NCBI GenBank assembly: GCA_965644295.1
Contig: CBFFRP010000070.1
Location: 1-64,000, forward strand
Length of the DNA stretch: 64,000 bases
Direction of reading: 5' to 3'
From: Paraphysomonas bandaiensis
Lineage: Eukaryota > Protista > Chrysophyceae
Position 1 is the first letter of the stretch, and the number at the start of each line of letters is the position of its first letter. Below are positions 58,726 through 64,000 of this stretch, piece by piece. A model generated the notes under the pieces. It was not told where the DNA came from and searched no databases. It saw only the letters and a program-made list of their open reading frames with translations. The translations under genes were made by a program, and so were the position numbers.

Positions 58726-60821
58726 TTTAGATATTACAGAGACGTAAAAAGAAATAAACAAATAAATAAAAAGGAGAATCTAATGACAGTTTCGCTCCTG
58801 CAATGTGCGAAAAGCACTAAACTATTAAGTATCAATGCTCTTCATGCACTGTATTACTTTCAGAGTGTTATATATATCACATGGATCTCTTCCAAACCAA
58901 TTGCAGTGCAACATAATCGTGTGTGTGTTGAGTGGGATGCATCTAGATGTGTATGCAGCAGCACTCTGCACTCTGCTCTGTATATACATACACACACATT
59001 TCCGTTGAAAGGCGTTTCACATCTTACATATAGCATAATACAGTAGACTACAGCGAATACAGTATGTATTTTAGCAATTGTATAGTTGTATATACACATA
59101 TACAAGCCTGTAGTTTAATCATATTGCTAAACTTATGCGTATATATACTGAGAATACACAGTAGGGAGAGTACAGTTGAGAGGATATCATGAACTTATAT
59201 ACAGCGTATATCGTAACTCAGTATGACGTATACCGTACACCGCTGCTCTCTATAAGACTACAGTACATAGAGAAAATAAGAGATTAAAATCCCATATTTT
59301 TATATCTATTTAAGGGAAATTTAGTATAAAAAAACGATGATTTTTCGATGAAATATGCACAACCACCCCCAGTATGCATCTCTGTAGAGCTTCAGTCATA
59401 TACACACATGAGCAAGATACACTCATCGTCTTAGCTAATGAGACCCACTTGACTCTCCCTGGTTATGAATACCTCTGTTCGAGGAGTTGAGATGAGTCAT
59501 AACACACGATGAGCATCATGTGACACCCTCTCGTAGACACTGTATGCATATGTATGCATATGCTCATGTGTGTATATGTATGTATGTATAGCTGGAGTTG
59601 TCGTGTCTCACTGCACTCTCATTGTTTCTGTTACTTCCTCACTACATAAAGTGAAACAATTCCTCTGATGCCCCCTCCCTCCCTCCCTCTCTATACATGG
59701 ATACACACACACTGCAGTGAGACTTAAGAGACACACGCCACTAAACCAACAGAGAAGTGAAACCGTTACATCGTGCATATATATATATATATGTGTGGTC
59801 GCTTATACAGTAGTGAGAATACAGTCGATGTTGAAGTAATTCATGAATCATGTTACTGTATACGTTCTAATGTATACAACCCTGACGACACGTGTGTGTT
59901 GTCTAATGTACACACGACCACTAGTCTTTCGTTAGTATCCAGTATTCAGGAATAGTGCTCTATATAAACTTATTTGAGTTCCATTCATGTTCATGGTGTG
60001 GCAATTCGTACTTACTTACATACCATAGTAGTAGAAGTGGTACTACAGACTTCATTCGCTTGTGCTTTTACGTTGAAAATTGAAAATATGTTATATCTAA
60101 GACTTGACTTTCGTGGCTAGTAGGTATTAACTAAGTCACGACTATGCAACCATATGCTGTATAGCAGAGCCTGCCTGGTAACCATTATTGGCCCATTAAT
60201 GGTAGTCCAGTTCCCCGAAATTATATTGGCTATTAATACCTACGTAGATAATACCGCTCATAATAGATAGTGTGGTGCTTCATTAATTACTAATTTAGTT
60301 AAATAACAGCAGTCTACACTCTTAACTACTCATCATAATTCTTTTCAACCTCGCTTTATATCTTGCTTTAGGCGATCATTGCACAACGAACAAATATGAT
60401 ACACAGGATTCTCCAATTCACTCGGAAGAGGACTCTGAAAATTACACTGCAGTCAACTTTATTTGTCACCATGCCACCACCATCGTTGCGTAATGTCTAG
60501 TACATTATAATTATTTTGTAGTGAATGTCTTCTTATTAGCAATAGGCGTTTAAGAGTCAGAACTAATTTAACTAACTAGTTTAACTAACTTGTTTAACTC
60601 TGAAATCCTACTATTTAACGCTGCGAGAGCTGCTTGTCCGTCACCAAGGTGCCGCCACTGTGGCTCAAATTATTTTGAACCGTTGTTTAGCGTCTTTCAA
60701 ACTTGGGAAAAAGAGTGTATTCTATTAGAATATGGATCTTATTCTAGTATATTCAGTATGTCACTTCAAGACAATGTACGAGAATACAGTGAAATATAGT
60801 GATGTACAAATGCTGTGATGA

Positions 60822-63800
60822 TATTGAGAAACTGAAATAGTTTGATCGTTCAAGATATGTTCAGTAACGAGAGGTTCGCATATGTAGGATATTATGCAGG
60901 GATTATAATGAGTTAGTGTTGGTTATCACAACTTCGTGTAAACGATATTAATAAATCTATCTAGTCTTACGACAAATTCTCTCTGTGATCTAGTGTAAAA
61001 TGAGCGTTTCTCAACATGGTAGCGAGCGAGGAGGAGAGAAGGAGGATAGAGGAGTAGTGCCACAGTTTAATGAGAGCAATGTTGAACAATGGATTGAGGA
61101 CTTCGAAACATTCCTCATGAGGAAAGAGCAAAGTGAAGTAGCGGTGGAGCCACCACCGAAGGAAAGCGACTTTGGGGAACAGCCACTCACGTTAATGGAG
61201 GAGAAGTCTTACAGACAGGCTGTGAAGAAGTACTGGAAGGCGAATGCCATAGCGTATTCGTACTGCAGAGAGGCAGTGCAAACATCTTCGAAGGCGCTTC
61301 AGAAATTCCATCTTCTACATAAAGGGTTCAAGGCTGATGGAAAAGGAAGCAACAGGTTTAAGGCGCATATTATGATTGATGAGTTGAAGAAGTGCTTTGC
61401 TGGAGGGAAGCAAAACAAGATCAGTGAGCTGTTGACTCAGTATGGATCTTTCCGTATGCGTCCGGAGGAGACTGCGAAGGACTATATAATACGGTTTGAA
61501 ATACTGCTGAAAGAGCTACAGGAGCAGCAGCAGGACATATCGGAGCTCTCAAAAATAACACGGTTACGAGAAGGTCTGTTGAATGAAGAATATGCTCCTC
61601 TGAATGTTGCTTTGTATTTGATGCCTGATGATGTTGATTATGCAACATTATCAAGGAAGATAGAACGGTATGATGATACCATTCCTGGAAGGATTGCGTT
61701 AGAGCGGAAACGCAAGAAGGTGGAGGAGCTGAATTTCATTGAAAAGAGCAAACGGTCTCGAACGGAACGGGATAAGCGTAAGAAGGGCAACTGTAGATAT
61801 TGCAGGAAAGAAGGAATTCCTCATAGCCATTCAACTGAACAGTGCAGGAGGAAGCAGAGGAAGAAGGATGGAGAGATATCAGGGCAGCGTCCTGGAAGTG
61901 CGGAGTACACGGGATGCAGAAATTGCAAGTCTCTGGAACATCTTGCTGCTGATTGTCCAACGACGAAGAAAAAGCATTCTAGAAGAGGAGAGAAAGGGAA
62001 GAATCATGGTAGGAAGCCGGACAAACGGTTGCTGACAGTAGAGAATATACGGCGTGGAGAACCAGCAGATTTCTCTGATGAAGATGAAGCTAATATGATC
62101 GAGGATGTTATGAAATTGTCATGCAATATACATGAAACGAATATATGTAGTGTAAATGATGACATGCATTATACATATATTGACACCTGCTGTTCATCAT
62201 CAATGTTCTTGATGAATGATGTGACCATGCTTGACACTCATATGAATACATCAAAGGTGATAAACGGCTCTAAGAAGGGATCAGAGATTCATATCACAAG
62301 TGTGGGTTCCCGTGGAGCATGGAGAGACATTGAAATTTCAGATCAGATCAATCGATGCCTGTGCTCCGGACGTAAGCTGAACGAAATGGGATATAGACTC
62401 ACGGTTTGGTATGGCATCCAAATATATGATTGTAATACGGGTGAGCTAGTACTGGAGGTACCCATGAAGAATGGCATGACAGCAGTTCCAACTCAGCAGC
62501 TGTTGGAGCTTCCAGATGTGTCTACACCGAGTAATTGTGAAGTAAATCTTAGCGATAGGACTGGTGAGGACGAGCTGGAGTTGCTGCATCGGAGAGCGGG
62601 TCACTTCAACAAACATGCTTCAGTGGAGGCACATAAGAGGATGCTCATCATGGGTACAGGGTTGAAACGAAAACACCTCACAGCCAAGGTACACAAAAAT
62701 CAGTGTTTGTGTGATGTGTGTGCCAGGTCTAAGATAACCCGAGTCAGCTTCCGAACGAAGGACGAGAATTCCGTTAGACCGAATTTTTCAGCAGATATCG
62801 CAGTGTACTTAAATTGTCCTGCTAGAGGAGGTGAGAGGTATGTGTTAAAGATAACGCATCATGCCAGCAAAATGTTCTGGGCGACGGGTTTAGTCCACAG
62901 AACTGGGGAAGCGGTCTTAGAAGTCTTCAAAGAGCTATTTAGAGGAGATGTTAAAAGGTACAAGCTCAAGATGGAGCACTATCATGCAGATGGTGCAAGA
63001 GAATTAATCAGTGAAGAGCTGCGTCAGTATCTTAGGACACAGGAGTGCTATCAACATACGTGGAGCTCAACAGACTCTCCAGAAATGAATGCCATAGAGG
63101 AGAGGAAGTTCAGAACTGCTGGAGAGATGACTCTTGCAATGCTAATCCAATCTGGACTGCCACCGCAATTTTGGCTGGATGCATACATGGCAGCCAGATA
63201 TATTTTGATTCGATTGCCAACGAAAACAGATAAAGGGTATATGTCTCCTATAGAGTTTCTAACGGGCGAGCCTCCAAATTTGAGATATCTTAGGGTATGG
63301 GGGTGTCGAACTTATGTTCTTTCACCGAAGGCGGATCGACGAAAGGATTGGGAGGATAAGGCTCTAGTTGGATATTTAATGGGTTACTCTGATGAGAAGG
63401 TAGGATACCATGTATATCTTCCTGAATCAAACAAGGTGGTGACTACAGTCCATATATTGACTGATGAGTCAACGCCATCACGATCAGAGAAGTATTTTGC
63501 AGAGATTGATGCTCTTCGAGTGCGGGAGGCCGCTAGACCCAAGCTTGCATCCGACTATGCCAGCTTAGAAGGAACGTATCATATTGATGATGAGGACGGA
63601 CTTCTGTATAAGACAACAAGAGTTGTAGAACGTAAGGGGGTGTGATTGTAGCATACCGTTCACTTGTTACTGCAGGTCGCGAGCATATAGAGCACCGGGT
63701 GCCTATACACGTCGAAGACGTGGTGCGTATGACTGCAGAAACCCCCGGGAATACCGGGTACATAGGAAAGGGGGACGCCCTGAGTACTACGCCAGCCAGG

Positions 63801-64000
63801 GAGCTGGACCAGGGAAGACCTGGAGGGTTCCAGGAGAGTCCTGACCCAACCTGTCAACAGACAGTCGTGAGGTTGCAGACCTCGACAGACCATGGGTCTG
63901 GGGATGCGAGCGGGGCTCCTCCCACACCGCAAGATTTGCGGGCTCAGGATGAGCAAGGTATGGGTTCGTATATAACTACTAGACGACCTATTGAACTAGA
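60822..64000 (+). mobile_element. Ty1/Copia retrotransposon, 5' part (continues beyond window)
   Basis: LTR 60822-61016 (TATTGAGAAAC...GTTTCTCAACA, 10/11 inverted match), PBS TGGTAGCGAG at 61017, gag-PR-IN ORF. Confidence 0.88.
61000..63645 (+). CDS. Copia Gag-protease-integrase (frameshift in G-run at ~63636)
   Basis: Two zinc knuckles, YIDTCCS protease, LHRRAGH..CDVC, HADGARE, EER, WGC..Y; reading continues in another frame VIVAYRSLV..PIHVEDV. Confidence 0.85.
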   Translation: MSVSQHGSERGGEKEDRGVVPQFNESNVEQWIEDFETFLMRKEQSEVAVEPPPKESDFGEQPLTLMEEKSYRQAVKKYWKANAIAYSYCREAVQTSSKALQKFHLLHKGFKADGKGSNRFKAHIMIDELKKCFAGGKQNKISELLTQYGSFRMRPEETAKDYIIRFEILLKELQEQQQDISELSKITRLREGLLNEEYAPLNVALYLMPDDVDYATLSRKIERYDDTIPGRIALERKRKKVEELNFIEKSKRSRTERDKRKKGNCRYCRKEGIPHSHSTEQCRRKQRKKDGEISGQRPGSAEYTGCRNCKSLEHLAADCPTTKKKHSRRGEKGKNHGRKPDKRLLTVENIRRGEPADFSDEDEANMIEDVMKLSCNIHETNICSVNDDMHYTYIDTCCSSSMFLMNDVTMLDTHMNTSKVINGSKKGSEIHITSVGSRGAWRDIEISDQINRCLCSGRKLNEMGYRLTVWYGIQIYDCNTGELVLEVPMKNGMTAVPTQQLLELPDVSTPSNCEVNLSDRTGEDELELLHRRAGHFNKHASVEAHKRMLIMGTGLKRKHLTAKVHKNQCLCDVCARSKITRVSFRTKDENSVRPNFSADIAVYLNCPARGGERYVLKITHHASKMFWATGLVHRTGEAVLEVFKELFRGDVKRYKLKMEHYHADGARELISEELRQYLRTQECYQHTWSSTDSPEMNAIEERKFRTAGEMTLAMLIQSGLPPQFWLDAYMAARYILIRLPTKTDKGYMSPIEFLTGEPPNLRYLRVWGCRTYVLSPKADRRKDWEDKALVGYLMGYSDEKVGYHVYLPESNKVVTTVHILTDESTPSRSEKYFAEIDALRVREAARPKLASDYASLEGTYHIDDEDGLLYKTTRVVERKGV

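Overview
Eukaryotic nuclear DNA, AT-rich, with GT-AG introns. It is most likely a stramenopile (ochrophyte/chrysophyte-like), inferred from a Sig/Ocm mastigoneme-type EGF protein, Crypton elements and a CDPK. About half the window is transposons. (1) 1-14739: two near-identical nested or tandem Ty3/Gypsy retrotransposons with 1360-bp LTRs. Each complete LTR carries an intact antisense ORF for a SET-domain (lysine methyltransferase-like) protein, which is the standout finding. The same element has an IFDN motif in place of RT YxDD, a CCCH finger in Gag, an in-frame UGA between gag and pol, a chromodomain-like integrase tail and no recognisable tRNA PBS. (2) A head-to-tail dimer of an intact tyrosine-recombinase (Crypton-type) element with an att-like junction. 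(3) Several Copia elements with non-canonical LTR termini and a shared uncharacterised domain after the integrase. One sits inside a LINE remnant and itself carries a captured gene fragment. (4) Host genes: a bacterial-like secreted protein, a membrane-anchored CDPK, an IPT/TIG-repeat membrane protein, MEMO1, VPS18 and a PTGQ-repeat/EGF protein. All calls come from reading motifs by eye; no database searches were run.
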